A DNA stretch of 64,000 bases, taken from NCBI GenBank assembly GCA_963841435.1, contig CAWJCS010000002.1, positions 64,001 to 128,000 on the forward strand, in the 5' to 3' direction. Shown here in pieces: positions 30,051 through 39,654 of this stretch. The translations under genes were made by a program, and so were the position numbers. The notes under the pieces are model-generated. The model made no database searches, was not told the origin of the DNA, and saw nothing but the letters and a program-made list of their open reading frames with translations. This stretch comes from an uncultured delta proteobacterium (GTDB taxonomy: Bacteria > Myxococcota_A > Polyangia > Polyangiales > Polyangiaceae). Numbering within the stretch: the stretch's first letter is position 1; each line of letters starts with the position of its first letter.

Positions 30051-31336
30051 CACGACCTCGACGCCTCGAGCGCTTCGCGGGCGGCCCGGATGGTCCTGTC
30101 GATGTCGTCGTCGGTGTGGGCAACCGACAGGAACGCTGCCTCGAACTGCGACGGCGGAAAGTACACGCCGCGAGCGAGCAGCTCCCTGAAAAAGCGAGCG
30201 AATCGCTCGGTGTCGCTCGCGAGCGCGGCGCGGAAATCCCGCACGGGGCCAGCGTGGAAGAACAACGTGAGCATGGAGCCTACACGCTGCACGACGCCGA
30301 CGCTCTGGGTCGCTTCGAGCGCGTGCGAAAGCCCCGCCTGGAGCCGCGCGCCGAGCGCTTCGAGGCGCTCGTAGGCTTCGGCGTCGAGCCGAGCGAGCGT
30401 CGCGAGACCCGCTGTCACGGCGAGCGGATTGCCGCTGAGCGTGCCCGCCTGGTACACGGGCCCGAGGGGCGCCACGACCTCCATCACCTCACGGCGGCCG
30501 CCGTACACGGCGAGTGGCAGCCCCCCGCCGATCACCTTGCCGAGGCACGTGAGGTGGGGCCGGAGCCCGAACCGCTCCTGGGCGCCGCCGCGCGCCAGGC
30601 GCGAGCCGGTCATCACCTCGTCGAAGATGGCGAGCGCACCGTGCTCGTCGGCGAGCCGGATGATGGCCTCGAGAAAACCGGGAAGCGGCGGGACGCAGCC
30701 CATGTTGCCCGCGACGGGCTCGACGATGACCGCGGCGATCTCGCCGCCACGCGCACGAAATAGCTCCTCGAGCGCCGCGGCGTCGTTGTACGGGAGCGTC
30801 GCCGTGGTCGCCACCATGCCTTGGGGGACGCCCGCCGAGTCGGGGTTGCCGAACGTGGCCGCACCGCTGCCCGCCTTGACGAGCAGGGCGTCGGCATGGC
30901 CGTGGTAGGCGCCGTCGAACTTGACGATCACGCTGCGTCCCGTGAAGCCGCGTGCGACGCGGAGCGCGCTCATGGTCGCTTCCGTGCCGCTCGACACGCA
31001 GCGCAGCATCTCGATGCTCGGGTAGCGTTCGCGTATGGCGCGCGCGAACTCGACCTCGAGCGCCGTCGGGGCGCCGAACGAGAGCCCGCGCTCGGCGGCG
31101 GCCTGGACGGCGGCGGTGACGTGCGGCTCGGCGTGACCGAGGATCGCCGGGCCCCAGGAGCCGATGTAGTCGATGTACTCTCGGCCGTCGGCTCCGAACA
31201 GGCGCGAGCCGCGGGCGCGGTCGATGAACACGGGGTTGCCGCCGACGGCGCGAAAAGCGCGCACGGGGCTGTTCACCCCACCGGGGAAGAGCTCCTTGGC
31301 GGCGCGGAAAAGCTCCTCCGAGACGGCGTCGGCCAT
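30050..31336 (-). CDS. hemL: Glutamate-1-semialdehyde 2,1-aminomutase
   Basis: PGGVNSPVRAF, SWGPAILGH, SGTEATM, YHGHAD, FDEVMTG, GKVIGGGLP, YQAGTLSGNP, PSQFE. Confidence 0.98.
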   Translation of the reverse strand: MADAVSEELFRAAKELFPGGVNSPVRAFRAVGGNPVFIDRARGSRLFGADGREYIDYIGSWGPAILGHAEPHVTAAVQAAAERGLSFGAPTALEVEFARAIRERYPSIEMLRCVSSGTEATMSALRVARGFTGRSVIVKFDGAYHGHADALLVKAGSGAATFGNPDSAGVPQGMVATTATLPYNDAAALEELFRARGGEIAAVIVEPVAGNMGCVPPLPGFLEAIIRLADEHGALAIFDEVMTGSRLARGGAQERFGLRPHLTCLGKVIGGGLPLAVYGGRREVMEVVAPLGPVYQAGTLSGNPLAVTAGLATLARLDAEAYERLEALGARLQAGLSHALEATQSVGVVQRVGSMLTLFFHAGPVRDFRAALASDTERFARFFRELLARGVYFPPSQFEAAFLSVAHTDDDIDRTIRAAREALEASRS

Positions 31337-31365
31337 GCCAGGGTTTTAGATCGAGGGCCGCTCGC

Positions 31366-34351
31366 GTGCCATGCTTCTCGGGCGTGGTGTCGTTGGGAGC
31401 CGAACACGAGCTTTCTCGGGCTTGCTTCTTGCCGACTTGCTTGGTCCTCGCCGGGCTAACGGTCGGCTGCGGCTCGCTCGATCCCGAGGCGCTGCCGCTC
31501 GCCCGCGATCTTCGCTTCAACGAGGTCGTTTCCGCCAACGGGGGCGTTTGGGTGGACGAGCTCGGCGAGACCGACGACTACGTCGAGCTCTACAACGCGA
31601 GCGACCGGACGCTCGGCCTCACCGACTACGTCATCGAGGATCGCGGCGGCGAGCACGCGCTCCCGAACGTGAGCGTCGAACCAGGAAAGACCCTGCTCTT
31701 GTGGGCGGACGGCACCCCCGGGCAAGGTCCGTTGCACTTGCCGTTCAAGATCGCGTCCGAGGGCGAGCACCTCGCGCTCCTGCGTCGCGAAAGCCGCGAG
31801 GAGCTCGATCGCGTCCAGGTCCCGCCGCTCGAGGAGCACCACGCGTTCGAGCGGCTGCCGAGTGGCGACGGGCCGTTCGTCGACTGCGGCTGGGCGACCC
31901 CGTCGCGCGACAACGGGCGCCGCTGCGGGCCCGGCCCGCCACCCCCGCCGCCCGGCGACCTGTTCTTCTTGCCCTACACGTGGCCCGAGGTATGGCCCGA
32001 TCCCGTCACGCCGCTTTCGCTCACCGAGATCGATCTCGGCCCGTCGGGCTTCGTCGAGGTGGAGAACACCTCGGGCGGCGAGCTCGGGCTCGACGCGTTC
32101 GAGCTCGGCGTGGCCGCGAACGAAAGCGTCGGTGTCGCGTTCCCAGGGCCCGAGGGGGGCGTGCGGGTCGAGTGGCCGAAGGCGAGGCTCGGCGCGGGTG
32201 AGCGCCTTTCGGTGCCGCTCGACCCCAATCTGCTCGACGAGCTCGGCGACGCGCTCCTCGCCGACGGCGCGGTGTCGCTGTTTCGTCGCGAAGGCGGCAG
32301 CGTGGATCGCGTGCCGTTCACCGGGTTCCCGCGGGGCGCGGTGCTCGCGCGTGCCGAGCCGGGCGGCACCTTCCGCTTCTGCACCAACCGCACCCCGGGA
32401 GCGCCGAACGACGAATGCGACGAGCTTGGCGAGCGCAGCGTCGGGGACTACGAGCGAGCGCTTTTGACCCCCGACGACTTTCACGAGCTCGCCAAGGCAC
32501 GCGGTGGCGTCGGCGCGGAGTCGGTCGAAGTCGTCGTCAACCTGCAAAATGACGATGCCGTCTATTTCCTGAACTCTGGGAGCTTCGACCTTCACTACAC
32601 CTTCGTGCGCGAGCGTATCGACGGCGATCCGCATCTGGATCGCTGCGACCCCGAGCAGGGTCGCGAATACACCGACGGCTGGGTCGCGTTCAGCCGCGAG
32701 CAGTACTTCCAGGTGACGGGGCGGCGCTACCTACTCGGCACGCTGGTCCGGCACGCGGGCACCGACCTTTCGACGATCGAGTTCGCTCCGGGCGACGTGA
32801 TCAGCGCCGAGCAGATGACGCGCCTGTTCTTCGACGTGACGGCGCGGCTCCCCGATCCGAAGGCCTGGAAGCTGCGCCCGCAGACCCAGGACCAGATCGA
32901 CCGGCTGCGCGCCATCGAGGGGTCGCTGCCGATCGTCGGCCCCAACGCGCCGTTCGTCGGGCTCACGTTCCAGGCGCTCACGCCGGGCGTCGCCTACGGC
33001 ACGCTGCGCTTCGTGCCGTCACAGGAGGTCGAACTCGGCCCCGATCGGCCCGCGCGACATCGTCGTCACCGACGAGGTGCCGAACGACATCCCTCTCATC
33101 GGCGGGCTCGTCACCGAGGCGTTCCAGACGCCGCTCGCCCACGTCAACGTGCTGAGCCGCGGACGCGGCACGCCGAACATGGCGCTCCACGACGCGCGTC
33201 ACGACCCGCGCCTTTTGCCCTACTTCGACCAGGTGGTGCGACTCGAGGTGTCGGGAACCGACTTCGACGTGGCGCCCGCCGTGCCCGAGGAGGCGCTTGG
33301 GTACTGGCAGAGCAGGCTACCGTCCGAGCCGCGCGTTCCCAGGATGGACACGAGCGTTCGCGGCGTGCAGCCGCTCTCGGAGCGTGGGCTCGCCGACATC
33401 CCGTCGATCGGTGGGAAGGCCGCGCAACTCGCAGAGCTCGGGCGCGTTTCGCTTTGTCAGGGTCCCGTGTCGACGCCGGATCGCCCGTTCGCGATTCCGG
33501 TCGTGCATTCGCTCGAGCACTACCGGGCGAGCGGGGCGCTCGCTCTCTTGGATCGGCTGCGGGCCGACCCGAATTTCGAGGTCGATCCGCTGGCGCGCAG
33601 CCGCGGCCTCGCTGAGGTTCGCTCGCTCGTCACCCGCTACCCGATGGATGCCGACCTGCTCGCCGAGGTTCGCGCCGCCGTGCTCGAGCGCTGGCCGGGC
33701 GTGGCCGTGCGCTTTCGGAGCAGCAGCAACACCGAGGATCTGCCGGGCTTCAGCGGCGCCGGGCTCTACACCTCCGAGGGCGTCGACGCCCAGGACATCC
33801 CCGCCGGCATCGAGGACGCCGTGCGTACCGTTTGGGCGAGCTTGTGGGAGCGACGCGGCTACGAGGAGCGGGAGTTCTCGGGCGTCGACCAGCACTCGGT
33901 GGCGATGGCTGTGCTCGTCCACCCGGCGTTTCGCTCGGAACGCGCGAACGGCGTTGCCATCAGCCGGGACGCGCTCCAGCCGACGCGCAACGACCGCTAC
34001 TACGTGAACGCCCAGATCGGCGAGGCGCTCGTCACCAACCCCGCGCCCGGCATCGAAAGCGACGAGCTGACTTACTCGCTCTTTCGCGTGCCGCGCGTGC
34101 AGTATTTCTCGCACAGCACCTTCTCGCCCGCCGTGCCCGTGGCGAGCGAGGCCGAGCTCGGCTTCCTCGTCTGCAACCTCCAGCAGATCCACGAGCATTT
34201 CCGGCCGCTGCTCGATCCCGAACAGAAGAACCCGTGGTTTGCGATGGACATCGAGTGGAAGCTCATGGGCGACGAGCGCGCGCTCGTCATCAAGCAAGCG
34301 CGCTCGTACTCGTTCGGCGCCGAGACGCAGTATGGCTGGTGCGATTTTTGA
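31366..34351 (+). CDS. Lamin-tail-domain lipoprotein with phospho-His and PEP/pyruvate-binding (ATP-grasp) dikinase domains, frameshift at ~33032
   Basis: Lipobox LTVGC; LTD motifs FNEVVSAN, DYVELYN and HLPFKI; TPLAHVNV; IGGKAAQL; RSSSNTEDLPGFSGAGLY; VWASLW; MDIEWK..IKQAR. Start is uncertain. Confidence 0.82.
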
Positions 34352-34370
34352 GCGCCGCGCGGAAGGGGTG

Positions 34371-37300
34371 TTAGCCCTGCACGCGCCGCGCGCGGTCGTT
34401 CAAGACGACGCGCCAGGCATCGAGCCGGCCGCGCGCGAGGTCGGACCAGCGAAAGTGAAAGAGCCGAGCGAGCAGCTGCGGGGCGTGGTCGCCGGCGCGG
34501 GATCGCGGACCGAAAACCTCCGCGGCCGATTCGACGGATTCGAGCGCCTGATCGAGGTCGTTGTTCTCGGCCTCGAGCCAGGCACGCGTGAGCAAGAAAT
34601 GCTGGCGCGGCTCGGGATCTTCCACGGCGATGCGGCTGCACTCTTCCAGTAGCTCGCGCGCCCGCGCGGAATCGTGTCGGAAGAGCGAGACCTGCGCGAG
34701 GATGAGCTTGGTCTCCATCACGCCCCAGGGGTCGTTCGTCTTGGCGTAGAGGCGATGCGCGCGCTCGCCGTGCATCTCGGCCATTTCAACGTCGTCGGTG
34801 TCGATGCCGATCATCGCGAGCAGGCGGTCGCAGGCGGCCTGGCCGCGCGGCGTGCGTAGCGTCTCGAAGACGGCGAGTGCCTCGAGCGCGCCGACCTCCG
34901 CGCCGTGGTAGTTCATCAAACGGTGCTCGACGTGCGCGAGCGACGCGTCGGCCTGCGCCGTGCCGAGGCGGTAACCAGCGCGCTCGAACTCGGCGCGGGC
35001 TTCGGACGCGAAGCGCCGGGAGCGCTCCGTGGCGCCCTCGGAATGCTCGATCCACGAGAGCAGGAGCAGACATTGCCCTCGACCGAGCGGCTGATCGAGC
35101 TCCGCGAAGTTTCGCTCCGCGTGCACGATGGTGTCGCGGGCCTGCTCGTAGTCGCCCAGCATGTACTCGATTTCCCCGGCCACCGACTGACACAGCGCCT
35201 TGCCGAGCACGTTGCCGAGGCCCTCGAAGGTCGCGAGCGCGCGGCGCACGAGCTCCAGGCCCTCCGCGGACGCGCCCTGCTCGCTCGCGAGGTGACCGAG
35301 CAGGCGCTGGCAATGTGCGATGTTTTCGCCGTCGCCGAGCTCCTCGAAACGCGAGCGAGCGAGCTCGGCGTACGTGCTCGCCTCCGCCATACGCCCGACG
35401 TGCCCCAGCGCCTCGGCTTGCCAGCGGTTCTTGAGAGCCAGGGTGCGCCCGCGCAGCTTGCCCTTGAGCAGCTCGAGGTCGGACAGCGTGGCGAGCGGCT
35501 CGCGCGCACCGTTCCAGCTTTGCTGCAAGAAGTCGAACAGCAGAAGCGCGGCGGTGTCCGAATCGTTCGCCTCGATCAGGTTTACCATCCGCTGGCGCAC
35601 GATGCGGCGCTCGTTCGCGAGCGGGTGCAGCGTGAGCGCGGCGGCGGCGGCACGGAAGATCTTCGCGCGATCGGCGCGGCCCTGGAGCCGTGACAGGAGG
35701 TGCTCCTGCAAGAGCTCGTGGGGCCAGCTGTAGCGGCCGGGCCCACGCGGGATCAGGACTTCGGCGTTGGCCAGGCTCAGCATGGCGCTGTCGGCGGGCT
35801 GCCCGAGCGAGCTCAAAAGGGCGTGCAGCACGTTGCGCCGCACGTCGCCGCCGAGCGTCGCCGCGGCGTAAGCGGCGACGCGGTGCTGCTCCGGCACGGC
35901 CGCGAGCCGGCTGTCCCAGAGCTCCGCGGTCGTCTGCGGGCGCACCAGCAGCACGTCGTTCGGGACCTTGTAGACGCTGCCGCGAAACTCCATGTGCCCG
36001 GAGAGCGCCCACGCGTGGAGCTGCTGCAGCGCGAACAGCGGGTTGCCGCGGCTGCGCCGCGCCGCTTCCTCCGCGGCGGCTTCGTCGAGGGGCAAGGACT
36101 GGCGGATGAGCTCGAGCGTGCGCTCGGGTGTGAGCGGCGGCACCTCCATCACGGCGCCCCTCGTCGCCTCGCGGAGCTGCCTGAGGCGCTCGGCGGCCGA
36201 CGTGCCGAGCGCGACCTCCTCCGAGCGCGCGGTGACGAGCATGAGAATCCGCTGGTCGGGCTCGTCCTCGAGAATGCGCAAGAGGCCGTCGATCGTCGCG
36301 GGCCCGGCGTTGTGCAAGTCGTCGAGCCAGAAAAGGAGCGGGCGCTTGCGCGAGATCTTGCGCAGGGTGTAGCGGATCACCATGCGCCGCGTCTCGAGCG
36401 TGTCGAGCGTGAAGCGGATGCCGCTCGGACCGATGGTCTGCTCGGGGCCCATCGGACGCAGCCATTCCGCTGCGCCGGCGACCCAGGCGCGCCCGTTCTT
36501 GTCGTCGCGGCGCACCTTCCAGCGATCGAGCAACGAGCGCTCGATGGTGTGCCGGTCGACGCGCTCGAAGTTGTAATAGGAAAGGACGGCGCCGAGCATG
36601 CCGTCGAGGGGGCTTCGGATGGCGCGGTAGCGGGCGCGCAACGGCACCATCGCGCCTTCCTCGTGCGTCACCTCGCACAGCCACTCGGCGATGCGGCTCT
36701 TGCCCGATCCGGCGGGCCCGACGAGCATCGCCATGCGGTGCGGCGTGCCTTCGCCGTCGACGAGCTCGTTGTACATCTGGCGCAGCGTCGAGCGCACTTC
36801 CTCGCGACCCACGAGTGGGCTCGGGCGGATGCTGAGCAAGCCCGGCGGGCGGTCGGGCGCCGGCTCGAGATCGGGGTTCGGCGACTGCGCGCCGCTCGGA
36901 CGCGTGGGCGCCGGTTGCTCGCTCGCGCGCTGCGGCATCTGGAAGCGCCAGGTCTTGACGTCGGCGCCCGGTCGCCAGCGCGACCAATCCGCGCGTGCCT
37001 CCGCCGCGAACTCCCAGCGATCCCAGGGTCGCTTGGCGAGCAGGCGCATCACGAACTCGACCACGCCGGTCGGCAGCTCGGTGACCGGTTTGAGCTCGGG
37101 CGGCGGGTCGAACGCGTGCACCCGGAGTAGCTCCTTCGAGTTCCCCGAGAACGGCGCCTTGCCGCCGAGCATTCGGTAAAGGACGCAGCCGAGCGCGTAG
37201 AGGTCGGTGGCCCCGCACACGTGGTGCATCTCGTGCTGGATCTGCTCGGGCGCCATGTAGCCCGGCGTCCCGGCGCCGGCGTGCGGCGCAAACTCCATGG

Positions 37301-38192
37301 GTTTCGAGCCGCTCAGGCGCTCGTCCTGGGCGTCGAGGCGCAGCCAGGCGAGCCCGAAATCCAGCACGTGGATCGTGGGAGGCTCGGTGTCGTGGCGCTC
37401 GACGAGAACGTTCGAGGGCTTGAGATCACCGTGGATGACGCCGCGTGCGTGAGCGTGGGCGAGCGCCGCGAGGATCTGATCGACGATCGACCAAATGATC
37501 GGAAATCCGAGGCGTGCGTGCGTGAGATCGTGCAGGGACGCCCCCGTCACGAGCTCCATGGCCAAGAAGGGCGAGCCGTCGCGCAGCTGTCCGAAGTCGT
37601 GGGCGCGCACGATGTTCGGGTGGTCGAGGGCCGCGAGCGCGCGCGCCTCCTTGTAGAACCACATCACGTACTCGTGAGCGAGGTTGCCGGGCGGCGGGAT
37701 GACGCGCTTGATCGCAACGTGCTGCTGCGTCGAACGGTCCCGGCAGCGATAGACGATGCCCATGCCGCCCTCGCCGAGCACGCCGAGCACGTCGTAGCGG
37801 TTCGCGATGATGTGCCCGGGCAGCACGGCGGTGCTGCCGCGCGGGCTCGGATGGACCGAAGCCGCAGCGGCCGAGGGAATGCTCGGGGGCGCGCTGTCCG
37901 GGCCCTCGCCGCGCTCCGCGACCACGCGTGGGGCGGGCTCCGGATCCGTCTTTGGAGGCTCGGGACGGTCGGCGTCGACCTCTGCGATGTCGCTCTCGTC
38001 GATGCGCGCGTCCTCCTCGACGGGATCCCTGGTCACCGCGCCCGTGCCGGGCTGGGCCGTCGGGGCTCGGGCGTCACCGGTCGAGCGCGAGTGGGTGCTC
38101 GGATCTGGACGCACGGCGGCCTGTGGCCGGGGCTCCGATGATTCTTCCGGCGCTTCGCCCTCGTCGTTGCCGGCTCGGCTCGGCGTTGGCAT
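34371..38192 (-). CDS. Ser/Thr protein kinase with AAA (STAND-like) ATPase and TPR domains
   Basis: GEGGMG, AIK, HGDLKPSN, DFG, GTPGYMAPE; GPAGSGKS; LDDLH; GNPLFA; C-terminal TPR-like helices. Confidence 0.93.
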   Translation of the reverse strand: MPTPSRAGNDEGEAPEESSEPRPQAAVRPDPSTHSRSTGDARAPTAQPGTGAVTRDPVEEDARIDESDIAEVDADRPEPPKTDPEPAPRVVAERGEGPDSAPPSIPSAAAASVHPSPRGSTAVLPGHIIANRYDVLGVLGEGGMGIVYRCRDRSTQQHVAIKRVIPPPGNLAHEYVMWFYKEARALAALDHPNIVRAHDFGQLRDGSPFLAMELVTGASLHDLTHARLGFPIIWSIVDQILAALAHAHARGVIHGDLKPSNVLVERHDTEPPTIHVLDFGLAWLRLDAQDERLSGSKPMEFAPHAGAGTPGYMAPEQIQHEMHHVCGATDLYALGCVLYRMLGGKAPFSGNSKELLRVHAFDPPPELKPVTELPTGVVEFVMRLLAKRPWDRWEFAAEARADWSRWRPGADVKTWRFQMPQRASEQPAPTRPSGAQSPNPDLEPAPDRPPGLLSIRPSPLVGREEVRSTLRQMYNELVDGEGTPHRMAMLVGPAGSGKSRIAEWLCEVTHEEGAMVPLRARYRAIRSPLDGMLGAVLSYYNFERVDRHTIERSLLDRWKVRRDDKNGRAWVAGAAEWLRPMGPEQTIGPSGIRFTLDTLETRRMVIRYTLRKISRKRPLLFWLDDLHNAGPATIDGLLRILEDEPDQRILMLVTARSEEVALGTSAAERLRQLREATRGAVMEVPPLTPERTLELIRQSLPLDEAAAEEAARRSRGNPLFALQQLHAWALSGHMEFRGSVYKVPNDVLLVRPQTTAELWDSRLAAVPEQHRVAAYAAATLGGDVRRNVLHALLSSLGQPADSAMLSLANAEVLIPRGPGRYSWPHELLQEHLLSRLQGRADRAKIFRAAAAALTLHPLANERRIVRQRMVNLIEANDSDTAALLLFDFLQQSWNGAREPLATLSDLELLKGKLRGRTLALKNRWQAEALGHVGRMAEASTYAELARSRFEELGDGENIAHCQRLLGHLASEQGASAEGLELVRRALATFEGLGNVLGKALCQSVAGEIEYMLGDYEQARDTIVHAERNFAELDQPLGRGQCLLLLSWIEHSEGATERSRRFASEARAEFERAGYRLGTAQADASLAHVEHRLMNYHGAEVGALEALAVFETLRTPRGQAACDRLLAMIGIDTDDVEMAEMHGERAHRLYAKTNDPWGVMETKLILAQVSLFRHDSARARELLEECSRIAVEDPEPRQHFLLTRAWLEAENNDLDQALESVESAAEVFGPRSRAGDHAPQLLARLFHFRWSDLARGRLDAWRVVLNDRARRVQG

Positions 38193-38357
38193 CGCTGAAG
38201 CGCACGATCCTACTCGCTAGTGAGCGCTCGTCGAGCAAACACGTCGAAGCCGTCAGCCGGCCTTCCAGCCAGCCTGCACCTTGCTTCGGGAATGCGAAAC
38301 CCGGCCGCCACGGGGGCGTCCGCAGGGGCTTTTGGTGGTGCTAGCCTCCGCGCTCCC

Positions 38358-39614
38358 ATGTCGAGCCGTGACCCCGAGCTTAGCGAGCGTGACCCCGAGA
38401 TTCACCGCCTGATCTGCGAAGAAGAGGCCCTCGAGAGCCGTACGCTACGGCTCATCCCGAGTGAGAACTACGTTTCGCGCGCCGTGCTCGAGGCGTCCGG
38501 GTCGATCCTCACGAACAAGTACTCGGAAGGATACCCCGGAAAAAGATACTACGAGGGCCAAGCGGTCATCGACAAGGTCGAGGAGATCGCGCGCACACGC
38601 CTCCGGGAGCTCTTCGGTGCCGAGCACGTGAACGTGCAGCCCTACAGCGGCAGTCCGGCGAACCTCGCCGTTTACCTTGCGTTCTGCGCGCCCGGAGATC
38701 CGATCATGGGTCTCGGCCTGCCGTTCGGCGGGCACCTCACGCACGGCTGGAACGTGAGCATCACGGGTCGCTACTTCAAGAGCGTTCCCTACGGCGTGAG
38801 CCCGAAGGATCATCGCATCGACCTCGACGAGGTGCGGCGCCTCGCCCGCGAGCACCGTCCGAAGATCCTTTGGTGTGGCACGAGCGCCTACCCGCGCACG
38901 CTGGATTTTCCGGCCTTTCGCGCGATCGCCGACGAAGTGGGCGCGAAGCTCTGCGCCGACATCGCGCACATCGCCGGGCTCGTCGTGGGCGGCGCGCATC
39001 CGTCCCCCGTCGGCATCGCCGACGTCGTGACGAGCACCACGCACAAGACGCTGCGTGGTCCGCGTGGCGGCATCATCTTGTGCAAGACCGAGCACGCCAA
39101 GGATATCGATCGTGCCGTGTTCCCCGGTCTGCAGGGCGGCCCGCACAACCACACGACGGCCGCCATTGCCGTCGCCGCCAGAGAAGCGGCTGAGCCTTCG
39201 TTTCGCACGTACGCCAAGAACGTCGTCGAGAACGCGAAGACGCTCGCGGAGGGTCTGCTCTCGCGCGGGTTTTCGCTCGTCACGGGTGGCACCGACAATC
39301 ACCTCGTGCTCATCGACCTCACGGCCCGCGGCGTGCCCGGCAAGGTTGCGGCCAAGGCGCTCGACCGCGCGGGCATCACGGCGAACTACAACGCCGTGCC
39401 CTTCGATCCGCGAAAGCCGTTCGACCCGTCGGGGCTTCGGCTCGGCACGCCCGCCGTGACGTCGCGGGGCATGGGCCCAGGCGAAATGACGCGCCTTTCC
39501 GGCTGGATCGACGAAGTCGTCAAGGCTCCCGACGACAGCGCGACGATCGCGCGCATCGCCGGCGAGGTTGCCGACCTCTGCAAGAGCTTCCCCGCGCCGG
39601 GTCTGCGCGTCTGA
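38358..39614 (+). CDS. glyA: Serine hydroxymethyltransferase
   Basis: LIPSEN, NKYSEGYPGKRYY, GGHLTHG, TTHKTLRGPRGG, FPGLQGGP, GTDNH. Confidence 0.98.
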   Translation: MSSRDPELSERDPEIHRLICEEEALESRTLRLIPSENYVSRAVLEASGSILTNKYSEGYPGKRYYEGQAVIDKVEEIARTRLRELFGAEHVNVQPYSGSPANLAVYLAFCAPGDPIMGLGLPFGGHLTHGWNVSITGRYFKSVPYGVSPKDHRIDLDEVRRLAREHRPKILWCGTSAYPRTLDFPAFRAIADEVGAKLCADIAHIAGLVVGGAHPSPVGIADVVTSTTHKTLRGPRGGIILCKTEHAKDIDRAVFPGLQGGPHNHTTAAIAVAAREAAEPSFRTYAKNVVENAKTLAEGLLSRGFSLVTGGTDNHLVLIDLTARGVPGKVAAKALDRAGITANYNAVPFDPRKPFDPSGLRLGTPAVTSRGMGPGEMTRLSGWIDEVVKAPDDSATIARIAGEVADLCKSFPAPGLRV

Positions 39615-39654
39615 CGCGGCGTCACGAAACGCTTCGACCCCGCGCCGCGTGTTT

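Noticed and set aside
31356-31371. Sigma54 promoter for hemL (TGGCAC-N5-CGGC, minus strand)
   Set aside because: The -12 box is poor, it leaves almost no leader, and such matches arise by chance at this GC content.
34786-37218. Long alternative-frame and antisense ORFs (e.g. 810 aa here, 684 aa at 15553, 600 aa at 24063)
   Set aside because: Arg/Ala/Pro-rich shadow ORFs, expected from stop-codon scarcity in high-GC coding DNA, that overlap well-supported genes.
38193-38357. ZTP or glycine riboswitch upstream of glyA
   Set aside because: No recognisable conserved aptamer motifs by eye; an Rfam scan would settle it.
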